Part shown: positions 13,419 through 27,289 of the stretch, piece after piece | How positions within the stretch are numbered: position 1 is the first letter of the stretch | How the letters are laid out: every line of letters starts with the position of its first letter | Source of the DNA: Lama glama | Taxonomy: Eukaryota | Length of the DNA stretch: 64,000 bases | NCBI GenBank assembly: GCA_028534125.1 | Contig: CM052817.1 | Span: forward strand, 23,810,001 to 23,874,000 | Direction of reading: 5' to 3' | Translations under genes and position numbers: made by a program | Notes under the pieces: model-generated | Database searches by the model: none | What the model was told of the DNA's origin: nothing | What the model saw: only the letters and a program-made list of their open reading frames with translations

Positions 13419-16400
13419 TTAGTTTTATTCTGTACAAATGTGTAAATCTCTCCATGATGATTTTTACACATGTAATTTGAGGGGAAGAGTATCAACTCAC
13501 CAAGGTATTTCTGAGGACTAAACAAGGTAATACAAGCAAAGTGAAAAATAACATGAGTTCACACTTTCCCCCTCATTTTCCTATCCGTTGTGAAAGGATG
13601 GTCAGCGAATACGACAATTTCAACGTCCTGCATGTAAAGAAACTGATGATACCGCAGTGGACTTGGAGGTGGGAATGATACTCTTAACCGGAAAGTAGCA
13701 TCTACATTGAAATAAAAGCTCACTCTCCCTTATTACAAGCTTAAATTGGTAATGAGACTTTCAAATATCAGAAAGAGCTCCACTATTACAAACAGATACA
13801 ATAGTGAAAGCTCTAAAGTGTTCTTAGTTATACTGAAACAAATCACAGAGGCAAACAGAGATTTGCAAAAAATCAGTCAGGTATGTTTTTCACACCAGTA
13901 TGAAAGTTCGAAATACTTTAGGAGAATGAAAATCCTGAAGATCCAAGTTGCTGCATAAAAATAGAGCTGAAAAATGGGATGAAAACATAAATTTGTTAGA
14001 CTGTCAAATCATACAATTATAAAAGAGGTTAGGGATGGGGAAAACTGAGTCATCAAACACTGTTGGAATAAAAATTCTTATTTGTTTATTTACAAATTTT
14101 TATTAATAATTACACTTACAACCATCTGTCGTGATGGATTATATGGATGTATAAGTCAGCTGACACTAGGACATTACTAGAAATAAACAACTAGTTTGCA
14201 TACTCTAGCATAACAACTGCTGAAAATGCAGTGTAGTTATTTAAGAAGAGGGTATGGAGGTGCTCTTTTAGCTAGACAAGTCATGTTATCAGTAGTTTAA
14301 AATCTTGTTCACAGAATTAAACCTGGCCTCCTTTGTTAAACAGAGACCTATTCATTTCCACCTGAAATAACAGGTGCTTTCCTTCAACTTCTGGCAGTAA
14401 TGACACAGGATTTCCAGAGCCAAGTATGACTTCCTTAATAATTACATTTTTAGTGCCGAGCCTAGAGATGTATGTCTTTCTCTGTCCTTTTCACATACTC
14501 AAAGGGTGGCAGCATTTGCGTCAATCAAGAGAAGGGCTAGAAAGACCTTGATTAAAAAAGAACTGATCTTCCATGTCATAGCAGCTATGAGGAGAAACAA
14601 GGAAACCTTTCATTATGACATTGCTTTGTAAAAAGTAACTGCTTCACAAACCGGAACCTCTCTGTGAATAAGCCGACTTAAATGAGGCCCCTCTGGCAGT
14701 GAAGTTTTTCAGCATGTGAAGTACCTAAAGGGTACACTGGCAGAGGACAGGTTCATTTTTAAGGTGAAGCATTAAAACAACAGAGTACTTTAGATGTATG
14801 ATGACGGTGGTATCTCCTCTTAGGATAAGGTGGGTTTCAGCTTGTCCCGATGACTGGTGGCAGTGGGTCAAGGATGCCCGGCATTTTTCAAAGAATGAGA
14901 CAAAAAAAAAAAAAAAAAGACTTGTTCTCTACCTAGTATAAATTTCCCATGTCCCTCAGACATTCATTTAGAAGGAAAACTTCAAAACTAACTGATCTAT
15001 TGAGCTTAGACTTATAAACTGTGGAATTCTGTTATAGCAGGCTGTGGTTCACCATTTCACCCATGATGGCAATTCTGCTGATGGTAAATGAGTCCCAAGT
15101 TGACATGCTTGTATTAGTCTGAATTTATAGCTGTCACCTCCATGATAATTCTACTTATAGGTTTCAGGATCTATTTTCATTATTTTCAACCATACAGGAG
15201 TGTCTGAGCATTTATATATTATAATATATATTTTCCTTTTAGTTATTTTTATAAGTAGGTTATAACATTATTTAATGGGTAGAATAGCATATCTCAGGTG
15301 AGTAAAGGGAACAAACAAAATACTTACTATACAAAGGGGGCACTGGAAATGACAGGGTAGAGAATGACTGCTTTAAAATTTACAAGCACTTAAAATAAAA
15401 CCCAGCACTTGTGGTTCAGTTACTTATTTATCCGTTAATTTATTTATTTATGTTGGGGTTACTTGGAGGATTTCTATTTACATTAGAAAAAGCCCCAATT
15501 CCCTGCTGATGTCCTTCCTACTAACTATAATCCTGTGACTACCAACGCCTTCACTTTTATCTTCTTTTCACATTTCACTTTATCTTCCCTGCATGTTACT
15601 AGAAATAAAGCTTTTAACATTTCAGAAGGTCAGGTGGAACACAGAGGTTCCATCTGCTTCAGTAAGCCAACATAATCAGACCCCCTTGTTCCTTTCTTAG
15701 CTTTGTTCCTCTCAAAGCGGTAAAGATAATCTTAGTTTTCTCTTCTGGTGATTTCAACTTGAACGGTTGATCAAACATTAAAACCATGCCAAAAGTGAGT
15801 TCTTAACTCCCTCAAATGTATTCTTTCTTGATGTACATGGGGTGTTCCTTTACATATTTAGACATTCACAAGTCAAAACAACTTGAGGCCTCCTAGTCTT
15901 TTTATATCTTCATCAAGATAGCTTTTTTAAATTAGCAAGAAAGAATCAAAAAAAAAAAACCCACCCAACTTTAAGCTTACCATTTGTGATGTACTGATTG
16001 GCACATGCAAGTTGATAATTAGTCATTTTCAGGGTGGGCATCCTTTCATTTTTCCAGATGAAATCTAAAAACATTGTTTCCAGATATATTGCAGTCTCTC
16101 CTCTAGCTACACATAATTCCTTCCCAACCTCATCCATTCTGCTTGCCCCTCTCAGTTCAGGCCAGAGGACCAATGCCGAGAGGCACAGAGCTCCAATCCT
16201 GTGACACAAGGATACGTTCTGACTCAACCCTTGAGAAAACAAGGGTGGCAGGGAGAGGATGTCTGCCCCCAAATGAATCCACTATTCATTTTTCTGCTCT
16301 GGATCTCCTACAGACACAACAGAAACAGAAGCAGGAAACAACCAGCTGTCCAAGAGCTAACTCGGGCCTTGAGATCTCCTAGTGGTTCTTCATCTACATG

Positions 16401-16809
16401 CAGGAATCACTTTTCATGTGGCATACACACTTGGATACATCTACCCAAGGAGTAGCAATCCCAGTCGCTCAGGTTCAAATGCACCCGTATCTTGTTCCAC
16501 CTCAGTTAGCAAGATACTTGAAAGGTATGTTCCACATCAACGCACTATGCTAGGGGTAGTGAGAGACGTGAAGGTCTAAAACATGTAGAAAATGTATGTC
16601 CTAAAAACACAGAATCTAGGAGCCAGATCACTATTCTACAAGTCAGATTAGTATGCAGTATTATAGATCCTTATGCAAATAATCCGAAAAAGATGAATGA
16701 GAACTATGTTCATCTAATTATCATCATGGAGGAAGGGGCTTTGAGCTGGATTTCGAAGGATGGATAATGAGGAAATAATGAAAGGTTATGTATGTATGCA
16801 GGTATGTGA

Positions 16810-18127
16810 TGAAATATAGTTGCTTTACAATATTATATTAGTTATATTAGTCTCAGGTGTATAACATAGTGATTTAATATTTTTACAGATTATACTTTAA
16901 AGTTATTACAAAATAATGGCTACATTTCCCTATGCTATACAATATATCCTTGTTGCTTATTTATTTTATACACAGTAGTTTGTATCTCTTAATCCCCTAC
17001 CCCTGTCTTGTCCCTCTTCTTTCTCCCCACTGGTGTCCACTAGTTTGTTCTCTATACCTGTGTGTCTGTTTCTGTTTTGTTATATATATTCTTTTGCTTT
17101 ATTTTTCAGATTCCACATATAAGTGATAAGAGCATTTGTCTTTCTCTGACTTATTCACTAAGGATAATACCCTCTAGGTCCATCTACATTGTTGCAAATA
17201 GCAGAATTTCATTATTTATTATTACTGAGTAATATTCCATTGTGTATACACATCTTCTTTGTCTATTCATCTGCTGATGGACACTTAGGTTGCTTCCATC
17301 TACTATGAACACTGGGGTGCATGTGTCCTTTCCAATTAGTGTTTTGGAGGTTTTTATGGATATATACCCAGAATTGGGACTGCTGGGTCATATGGTAGTT
17401 CTGTTTTTAGTTTTTGGAGGAACCTCCATACTGTTTTCCAGAGTGGCTGCACCAATTTACATTCCCACCAACAGTGTACTTACGGTGCCCTTTTCTCCAC
17501 ATTCTCATCAACATTTGTTATTTGTAGACTTTTTGATGGTAGCCATTCTGACAGGTGTCAGATAATATCCCATTGTGGTTTTGATTTGTATTTTTTTGAT
17601 GATTACCAATATTGAGCATCTTTCCATGTGCCAGTTGGTCATCTGTATATAACCTCTTCGGAAAAATGTCTGTTTGGGTCTTCTGCCTGTTTTTCAACCG
17701 GGTTATTTTTTCAATATTTGGCTGTATGAGCTGTTTATACATTTTAGATATTAACCCCTTATTGGTCATATCATTTACAAATATTTTCTCCCATTCAGTA
17801 GGTTATTTTTGTTTGTTTGTTTTCTCAATGGTTTCCTTTGCTGTGCACAGTTTTTAAGTTTAATTAAATCTCATTTATTTATTTTTGGTTTGTTTCTTTT
17901 GCCTTGGGAGGCAGATCCAAAAACTACTGCCACAATTTATACAGAAGAGTGTTCTGCCCATGCTCTCTTCTAGGAGTTTCATGGTTTCAGGTCTTACACT
18001 TAGGTCTTTAATCCATTTTAAGTTTATTTTTGCATATGATGTGAGAAAATGTTTTAATTTTATTCTTTTAAATGTGGCTGTCCAGTTTTCCCAGCACAGC
18101 TTATTGAATAGACTGTCTTTTCTCCAA
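16810..18127 (-). mobile_element. 5'-truncated LINE-1 (3'UTR plus ORF2 C-terminal part), degraded
   Basis: Begins with the reverse L1 3' terminus (gaaatatagttgctttacaatattatattag...caggtgtataacatagtgatt). Minus-strand fragments translate to L1 ORF2-like TNKGLISKMYKQLIQ. Multiple frame disruptions. Confidence 0.93.
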
Positions 18128-18334
18128 AAATGGATGGATTTTAAACGGTGGAACCATTTGATCCTATCTGTGATTTAGAAAGGTAACCCTGGCAGTAATG
18201 CTGACGGTTATCTTTTACTCACAAATATGGTAAAACTGGTAACCTAGCTGCTTTCCTTAACATTAAACAACAGAAATCAAGACTCTACCACCATTGAACC
18301 ATATAGTAATACAAAATTGCGCTTCACTTATGCA

Positions 18335-18945
18335 AAAGATTTTAATTGCATGGCAACTATGTACCAGGCCCTGTGCCAGACACTAAAGACAGGAAAAAAG
18401 TGAGTTCCCCCTTCCTTCTAAAGAGCTCTCATCAAGAAATACAAAAATAAATCTAAGTGATAGGCACTATAGAAAAATATAAGACAGAATGCAATGGAAC
18501 CTTTAGTCTGGGTTTTAACGGAGGTAAACAGGTGGGTCAGATGGGGGAAGAATAAAGGTGCATTTGGGAAAAACCCCACTCACACATCAGTCAAGCACAA
18601 GAGTAGAAGTGATTGTCTATAAAGAACGTGTAAAGTGAGAGAAGATGGTAAGAGATCAGCAATCCACTGGAGAGGGGACAGACAGAGGAAGAAGAATTGA
18701 CAAATGAGATAAAATAATTCGAGCACCAGGAGGAGAATCCAGGCAGCAATGAAAACAGAGTGAACACCTTCAAAGACAAAGGACAGCATCATTAACAATA
18801 GATGGCACGGTAAGGGCAAGGCAAGTAGAGCTGGAAGCAAATCCACTGGACGTGGCGGTGGGGGGTTGCAGGAGTGATTTGCCAGAGCATCTTTTGTGAG
18901 TGGGGCAGACGGAGCCTAACTGTGGGGTGACAGTGTGAACTGACA
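18335..18945 (-). mobile_element. LINE-2 remnants
   Basis: actatgtaccaggccctgtgccagacact (reverse L2 3' end) followed by purine-rich L2-like sequence (aaatccactggacgtggc..., ggagcctaactgtgggg). Confidence 0.55.
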
Positions 18946-19939
18946 TCAAAGGACCAGGGTCACTGAATCTTGGAAACGAAAACTGAAAAGCAATGTTTTT
19001 ATACAAATTAGATTTTTAAAGAATTTTGCATGATAAAAAAAAGAAGAAGAAGAAAAAAAAACAGAAAACCAAGATGGAATAACGAAGGACAAAGTATTTG
19101 ATAAGCCCATTCCGTTCTAACACTGATTACAACACTCCTCATAATACATGATGAGGCAGTTTAACATCCAGTTTTAATTTTTACCTTGAGCTTGCAGGTG
19201 GCAAGATTTTACATTTGGCAGTTTGACAGCTATACTTGAAAGGGTCCCAAAACCTTAGTAGGTATCAGCAAGACAGATGGTCAAGGTACAAAGACATCCT
19301 GCATCTAATTTTTTTTTCTTTCTTAGAGGTCTTTAAAACCAAATGGTGTCATTAGAATGTTAGGCTTCTTACTACTGGGGTAGTCAAGGTGTTTTAAAAG
19401 CTCTCTTTATCCTTCTACATCTGAGAGAAAAGATGACAAAATATTTGATCCACTCCACTAAACATAGGTGAAAAAGAAAAATAAAAAAAAACAAAAAATT
19501 AGCTCCTGCTAGGCTTAAAACAAAATTTTGTTTTTAAAATAATAATCCTTTAAATCAGCATTCTCATTCTTGTTAAACAATCAGCACACAGGAATTAGGT
19601 GAAATAGTGGATGATGGTGGTGACATTTAGGGTGTTGTTACAAATCAAATTGTGTGTTCTTGTAAATAAGGCCTTATTTCCTGAGGCAGCAACATACATG
19701 CCCAACACTTTGCACTATACGTTTATAGTCAATAAAACAGTCTAATTACTTTGATGAGTAAAACCACAGGAGGGCAACTTCCAGTGGCACTAACATAGAT
19801 CAACACGTGCTGAGGCAGAAGGGGATTCATAATGAGAGGTTAAGCTTTAGAAAAACATACAGTGTAATGACTTGTCGCAAAAACAGTATTTCTTCATACT
19901 ATCAGGAACTGAAGAACGCTGGGCGTGAAAATCACTTAC

Positions 19940-20057
19940 CTAGCTCTTCATTTTCTATCACTTCAAATGTGGCCCAGAGATCATCTTTCGTTGGAATTAT
20001 ATTTTTTATTGCTAATATATCACTAGTTAATTCTTCTGCTTCCATCACGGGAGATAT
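19940..20057 (-). CDS. ARAP2: ARAP2 coding exon, 118 nt, phase 0->1 (RA domain)
   Basis: cccttgcag|ATATCT...CTAG|gtaagt; encodes ISPVMEAEELTSDILAIKNIIPTKDDLWATFEVIENEEL. Confidence 0.96.
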
Positions 20058-21289
20058 CTGCAAGGGAAGCAACACTGCTTCAGGACACGTGTCAGACGCA
20101 GAGCGGCCTTGGGCTGGGCCGTAACACTCCCCCACCGCCATCTCAACATACTCCAAGTGTCTTCTTAGTACATGTAACTAGCTTCTCTAAGCACATGGAA
20201 GGAACAGCCTATTCAGATGTTCTCCATACATTTTCATGTGAGTGTAAAAGAAAAATCATCAGCTAAGGAACTTTTTTTCCCCACCTAGTGAAAAGTGAGA
20301 TCACGCAAAAGAGAAGAAGGTACCTGTTCAGAGAGACCTTTAATAGACAGCAGATGGATCCAATGATCTTGTAGGAGCAAAACTTTTCACTCGCCAGTTC
20401 TATAATTAGGAGTTTAAAGTGGCTTGGTTTATTCAGCCCAGACCCTCAGTCATACACAATTGACTGCTGTCTGCTGTGACAAAACACCCCAGGGTTTTAG
20501 CGGTCTGTGACGTGCCCTGCCATGCCAAGTGACAGATGGTGGGGTACCAAAGTATGCTCGAGCCAGGACTTCAGGGCACAGGGCAGACAGAGTCTGCCGT
20601 GTCAGCCCAGGGGCCAGCTCTGCGAGGGTCCCAAAGCCTTGGGCCACAGCACAGGCCCGTCCACCTTCTTCAGGGACTTTTGGGATTTTGATTTGTTTCT
20701 TCCTACTTTTGTTTTTACCAGTCTTAAGGGCATGCTGGCCAAAAGCAAGTTGGCTTTCTTCAATTAAAATTTAGTTATAATGTTTAACAGTCAGAAGTGA
20801 TTTAAGTATTAGAATATTGCAACTGCAACCCAGTTTATGTCTTTTCAGTAAAAGTATACACCTAGTAAAAAATTTCTTAGAAAAGGAATATGCTCATTTC
20901 CATTTCTCCTGTCCATTACTGATCATAAGCATCCTGCAAATATATAAATACCATAAACATTTTCCACTACAGGTAACTCACACAGTCTATCTCTTGAATT
21001 TTATGGAATTTATTGCTCTCTTTGGAATACATTAATGACACAGTGAAGTCCATGGTTTTCTACTTAGAAAAGCCCAGTGTAGTACAACCATAAAAGAAAA
21101 AACAAAATAGCATCCGGGAACTGTAGAGGACTTTAAGCAGTAGAAACATCAGTAGATGAATCATTTCAGTGATACTTCTCATCTGAATGGCTTTACAATT
21201 TTTTTAAGAAGTGTAGTCCTTTCTTAAAATAATAAATTACTAAGAAGCTAAACTAGTGAAAAGTCTAGGTTACAAGGGTGGGGGATTAG

Positions 21290-21545
21290 TAATAATAGCA
21301 CTACTAGTTATTTATCAAACACTTATGTACTGAGCAGTTTGCTAAGTGCTTTACATGCAGTATCTTTCTGGGTCCTCACATCGATGCTATGATGTAAATA
21401 CTGAAATTTCCTCACATTTTATAGGTACGAAGGCTGAGGCTCTGGTGGAGTAAGTTGCCTAATGTTAAGAAAGAGGAACGGGAGGAGGAAGTATTAGAAC
21501 TCAGGTTGTTTTCCAGAACCTACAGAGCATCCTAATCATAACCTA
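21290..21545 (-). mobile_element. MIR SINE
   Basis: gctaagtgctttacatgca...tcctcaca...cattttataggtacgaaggctgaggctc...aagttgcctaatgtt. Confidence 0.75.
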
Positions 21546-21746
21546 ACAAATATAGGATAGTCTCTCTCCAAATGACCAAAACATGGGATTCCTGGAGGAT
21601 ATTGGTATAAAGAGCCAAACTTGTCATGATTTGAATCGGACACGTAGAATAAAATGTAAGCAGCAATGGGAAATTCAAGATATGCAAACTAATGCTAACA
21701 CTTATGATTTCTAATAGTACTCTTTACATTCATCCTTAGGACTCAC

Positions 21747-21821
21747 TCGAATTATAATACTGCAGTCAGGCTCCTTCCTTTCTACGTACACTTCAATTAA
21801 CAAATCTCCAGCCTGGGAAAC
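21747..21821 (-). CDS. ARAP2: ARAP2 coding exon, 75 nt, phase 0->0 (start of RA domain)
   Basis: tttcctag|GTTTCC...ATTCGA|gtgagt; encodes VSQAGDLLIEVYVERKEPDCSIIIR. Confidence 0.95.
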
Positions 21822-24205
21822 CTAGGAAAGGGCAGATGTGAAGACAGCAAATGTAAGTATGTTGCAAGAGCACACAAATGATATACTCAAGACAGTTAGA
21901 AAGTCCTAGTCATATTTCTAAAGATTTTTATAATAATGAAATGAGATCAGTCCCCCTGTTAACAGCATAATGATACCTATTTTCCAGATGTGGTTGATTA
22001 AGGACAAGGAAGCTACCCAAATGATGTAATCTGCAACCACAATCACAATGCAACTTTTTATCTCTTCCTCAAAAGTTTAGCGTCCTCACATACCTGTAAC
22101 ATTCTTACTGAAATAACAAATCTGGCTGCAGTGGAAACAAAGAGATAAGTCCAAAAATTGAAATTTGAAGATAAATTAGGTCAGAATGGCATTAAATTAC
22201 AAATAGAAAAAGCGTATTTAGCAAAGAAAATTAAAAGTGAAGTGACAGAATAATGAGATACTAAAGATAAGTTTCAATTTTAATTATCTTTAGCCAAGCA
22301 GCAAGTGCTGGATTACCCGGGACACTATTCTACCCAAGACAACAGACTCAGTGACGAATACACAAGCCAGAAAATAAAAGGCATAAGATATCACTGTGTA
22401 GATTGACAGTATCATGTGGAGCAGATCAACAAAGGAACAAATGAATCTATGAAAAATATTCTGAGTAGCTTTTTCCAGAAATTTCCTTAAGTTATGTAAC
22501 CACTCAGAAATAATATCTATCGTTTATTTTTTAAAAAAAGATCCTAAGTGAGGAACAACCATTCTGAAGTTAAGTTTACCTCAGAATAAAACCTGATGAG
22601 TAAATTTCTGGGGAAATTTGAAGAAGTGTTCTTAGTTATTCTGACACTACAGGCTTAGAAAAACTTACTTCTAGTTTTTCTTCCTCAGTTTTGAAGCTAC
22701 ACAAAAATTCTAGGGAAGAAAAGATACACTTGACAGTTTTACTTCTCCTTGTGTTTGCATAAACAACTCTCCAGGAAAGACACATTTTAAAAATTAAAAA
22801 AGCAAACACAAAGAACTCACAGAGTGCAGCCAAAAACGAGAATAGCTCAGAAATTCAAACAGGAATAAGACATAGAGACTGTCAGAAAAATACTTCAGAG
22901 GAGAGTTTTGAATGGATTAGAGAAAAACTCCAGCCAAAGAATAGATTTCTTCCAAACTCTTCTATTTTTCTCTCCCAATTACTCTATTTTATAGACAATT
23001 CTTATTTTTACTTCTACTTAATCAGAAAGCATTCAAGACTCATTTATTGTAGTATGAATACAAATGATCAAACTGCAGAATGGTATTCATAATTTATCCA
23101 ATAACAATATAGATAGTGTTGCCAAAGATTATCTCCTGGGCTCACACACTCCTTTATTTCATGACTGAAACTCTTTCCCCAAAAAGAACACAAGAAGTAA
23201 CTGATAATGAGCCGCAGTTTTTAGTGTTACAGCTAACTCCTCTTGATGCTGCGTTAATTCCTTTGGGTCAAAACAGAGGAAATACTTTCTTAGGGAATTA
23301 CTGTCACAGTGTTAGTACCTGGGGATCTAGGCACCAGGATGAAAGACTTTCCTCATCTCCCTCACATGGAGCGACAGCTCCCACGGCTTCTCTGATTAGT
23401 GGTGTATATTTCAGGAATGAGGCACACTTAGGGTTTGACTAATAAGAAAGCATTTGTCTCATCCCGAGTGCATCTATAAATAGAATATTTGACCCATTTT
23501 TATTCTTGACATTGGTACCCTGAATCTACCACAATTCCTAGTTATTAAAAGAGGATTAAAGACCAACTTTAAGAAGGTCCAGTGACTATTCATCAAAGGA
23601 GGAAAAGTACCCTAGAAAAGCACAGCGCCACCTGAACACGTAAATTCAACACGATGCGACTGAGGAAAGCAAGAGAAGATCTAGAAAAGTCAACTCAAGA
23701 CATGAATTAACATATGTTACAAAGAGCACTTCAGAAACATTCCCACTAGTGCAATCACCCAAGAGCATGCAAAGCAAAAGCAGAGAGGAAATAACTTATA
23801 ATTTCGAACTCATAATGGAAAGAGTCATGAGGGAGGCTGAATTTTCAGTTTATTCTAGTATTTCTTTTGACTTTAAATGCTTCCTCTGAAACCCACTATT
23901 TTTCTCAGTAGCACTTTTATAAACAAAAGTTGATTTTATAAAGGACGTTCTGATATGATTAAAACTGTTTTTTCCATCTATGTTTTGGCAAATTTATATT
24001 ACCATGCTTCGGCATTTTGCATGTATGCGTCAGCTGCAGAATTTCACAACTGTTTTACCTCGGCTCTTTTCCCCCATTTCTTTTATTGTGCTTCAAATAT
24101 GAATTTGAAAATAAACACAAAAAATATCTTTACTTACAATGAAAGTTTTTCGTTTTTTTTTTTTTAATGTTTTTATTTATTGGAGATCTAACTATTACTA
24201 CTCAC

Positions 24206-24274
24206 TTGAGTGTCTTTCCACTTGGTAATAAAGCTATTTTCTATGTCCATTTGTTTGACTTGGTCTTCTTTAAC
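24206..24274 (-). CDS. ARAP2: ARAP2 coding exon, 69 nt, phase 0->0
   Basis: aaacag|GTTAAA...ACTCAA|gtgagt; encodes VKEDQVKQMDIENSFITKWKDTQ. Confidence 0.95.
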
Positions 24275-25735
24275 CTGTTTAAAATATAATTTGGGACATT
24301 CTAATAAAATACAAGGAGTGATGATACTCATCCTCACATAACCTTCTTCAGGAATTTAAAGACCAACATGTTGAAAATAAACGAGAATGGCCATGTTAAT
24401 CAGCATGGGCCCACACGGCATGGGCAGAAATGAAGCCAACACGATTCAGCCTCAACTTCAGAACCTCTGATGATGATTCCACATCAGGCTGCAGGTTCCA
24501 TCAGTGGAAATCCCTTGGCTGAGGCAATTTAATAAGCAAAGGGCTGATGACTAGTTTGTTAGAGTTTACGGAGGTTGAGAGACAAGACTTACTGCTCAAA
24601 CAGAAATGTTCAGTAAGTGTTTATGAAATTCCCACTGTTTGCTTAAAGTTCGATTTAACAAAACTACGTAGATAAACATTATTAACAGTACAAAAAATAG
24701 AAAATAAAGAGAGCATGCAAAGCCGCACATTTTTCCCCTAAGTCTTTCATCTCTCAGCATCAGAACTGTTGCAAAGAAGTTGCTATTGATCAAAAACAGG
24801 GGACACATACAGAAAGAAATAAAAAGGAGATACAAGAGCAAAGGGAATCCAACAATTGTCATGTCCGTTCCTATAAAAATTAAGACACAAACTGTGTTAT
24901 TTTATTAAAATACAGTTTCTTTCCCTTGGCTATGGAATCTCATGATCAGTTATTAGAAGAATGTAAGAATTCTACAAAAGGCAACCTGTTACATTCACCT
25001 ATTTGATTTCAGCTGGTTGTATATATACATAGCCCTGGAAAGCGAGAGTTCTCATTCAAGAGCACTTAACAGAATGCCTCAAAAGGTTTTAAATGACAAG
25101 ACTGAGATGGCAGAAGCAGTTAAGCACCTGAAGCTGACCTTTGACCCAGGCCCCCTTTAATCCCCCTGTTCAAATCCTGGGCTTATTGTCTCTATTCTCA
25201 CTTCTTTGAACTAAGAAATCCTCCCTTTCCTAACAGTTTTCTGATGAAACATGAAAATACTAACTTCATAAAATAGCAAATTGAAGAGTCAAATAATTAG
25301 AACAGAGATGACAATAAAAACCACAGAATATTACTTCAGAATTTCTTTTTTCCCCCAATTCATGCATGATTAAAAGAAAACATCAAATGCTTTCAATTGC
25401 AAAACTGATCAGCCTGGCTTTTATTACCGAATTTGTGACATTCATAATTTCACACCTCTAAGTACATGTACTTAATGCATACATATATGGAAGAGGAAAA
25501 AAAAACCCATAAAAACACTATAAATAGAATCACTGTCCAACAAACACCAGATGGTAAAAAAGCTTTAAAAGCAGCCAAATTGAAATAAATGGCTATAGCT
25601 TAAAAAGCTAGTTATATCTAAAAATCTAAGGATCATATAACTATCTTTTATTTTCTTCAACCTAAAATACATACTTTTGTTTGCAAACAGTAACATCAAA
25701 ACTATCTTAACAAGGGCAGGACATAAAATATTTAC

Positions 25736-25883
25736 CTCAAATATTTCAACATAATTATTAATTAAGTCCTCGATTACATTCACTTCTTCACTAGTTTGTC
25801 CCTTAGTTTGAAACAAGCAGGAGGAAAAGACCAAGGCCAAATTATGGGCATCCATGTGATTGATTTCTGAGCATTTCTGAACC
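25736..25883 (-). CDS. ARAP2: ARAP2 coding exon, 148 nt, phase 2->0 (RhoGAP)
   Basis: cgaacag|GGTTCAG...TTGAG|gtaaat; encodes VQKCSEINHMDAHNLALVFSSCLFQTKGQTSEEVNVIEDLINNYVEIFE, with the RhoGAP NxM...NLAxVF motif. Confidence 0.97.
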
Positions 25884-27289
25884 CTGTTCGAGAAAAGCAG
25901 AGCTTATTACAACACATTTTTATTTGAAAATTTCATAGAAATTGTAAGTCTTAATACTCATTTATCGTCTTTTTTTTTTTTTTAACACACACACACATTG
26001 AAGGTCTCTGATATGTAAGGCGCAGTGGTGATCTAAAGAAAAACACACAGTTCTTTCTTTCAAGTAGCTTACAGTTTGTTAAGAGTATAAGTCAGAGGAG
26101 CTATTACTACAAGTCACAGAGCAGTACTTGATTGTCACTTTAGAGGAAGGAGCCCCCCCATATTCAGACAATTCCAGGTAATGGACAACCTGCAGCTAAA
26201 GCAGAAAGGTGTGTTTGTAGAACAGCGTCAAATGACTTGTGGGACTGAAGCATAAATAAAAGAGGGAGAAGGGCAGTATGTAAGCAGAAAACAAGGCCAG
26301 AACGGTGACCTGGGAGGCAGATAGCTGGGAGTTTCAAATTCGAAGTTCAGGACTAGGTTCAACTTCCCAGAAAGTGCATATCAGGCAAGAAAACACCTGG
26401 CAGCATGTGTTTAGATGGTTATTCAAAATAGGATAATATACAAATCAAAAAAGCAAAAAGCAATCACTTAATTTAAAAATACAATTACATTTTTCTTGGA
26501 TTTCACTAAGAATGGCTTTTTACAGTGAACAGACCTGAGTAGTAAAGTACATCAGTAAACTACAACACTTGAGTTTTACAAAGAACATATAATGTACTCA
26601 CAAATTAAGTTCAAGGTGATTGGAAACAAAAACTACAGCCATCACCCCAATAAAAGGAAATTTTCACTGATAAAAATGCACGCGGACTCTGAGTAACTCA
26701 CATGAAAGTATCTGTTAGTGCTATTTGTCCCTGACTGTGCATATAGCAGCATATAGTGCATATTGCCTAATTACATTTGCAAATTTCTTAAATGGATACT
26801 GAAAAAGGAAGATCAATTCTATCAAAGGAATAAAGCAAGACTAAGGTAGGTACAGCTGGCTATAAAGAGTAAAGAATCAAGTAGGTACAAGAAGAATAAG
26901 CAAATATGACAGCAATATATATGATAATGTAAGAAACGCACAGTGAAATGCCAAATTGCATTGCGGAGACGGAGCAAGTGCAATCATCATATATGATTTA
27001 CAAGATGCAAAAGGAATTGCAAGTTAATAGAGGAGGATGTCATAATTGTGGGCATCCCTCTTAAAACCACTTCTGTACTTTCATCATACTAGACTGTAAA
27101 CATCTGGAAAATATATCTGCACATCTGCCTCTAGAATCTAAGCATTTCACAGTGAGAGACGTGTTAATCACACTGTAGTCTGTAATAAATATCTGATGAA
27201 TGGAATTAAGTAAATGTTAGTCACGGAGGAAGTGATCTGTTATCTAGGGCAGGGATGAAAGTAAACGCTAAATCAACCTGACCTTATCC

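Noticed and set aside
17290..18178. Cluster of 80-97 aa ORFs
   Set aside because: All lie in a degraded L1 (sense fragments or antisense frames).
26690..27060. Possible CR1/L3 fragment
   Set aside because: Similarity is too faint to support by eye; needs a Dfam HMM search.
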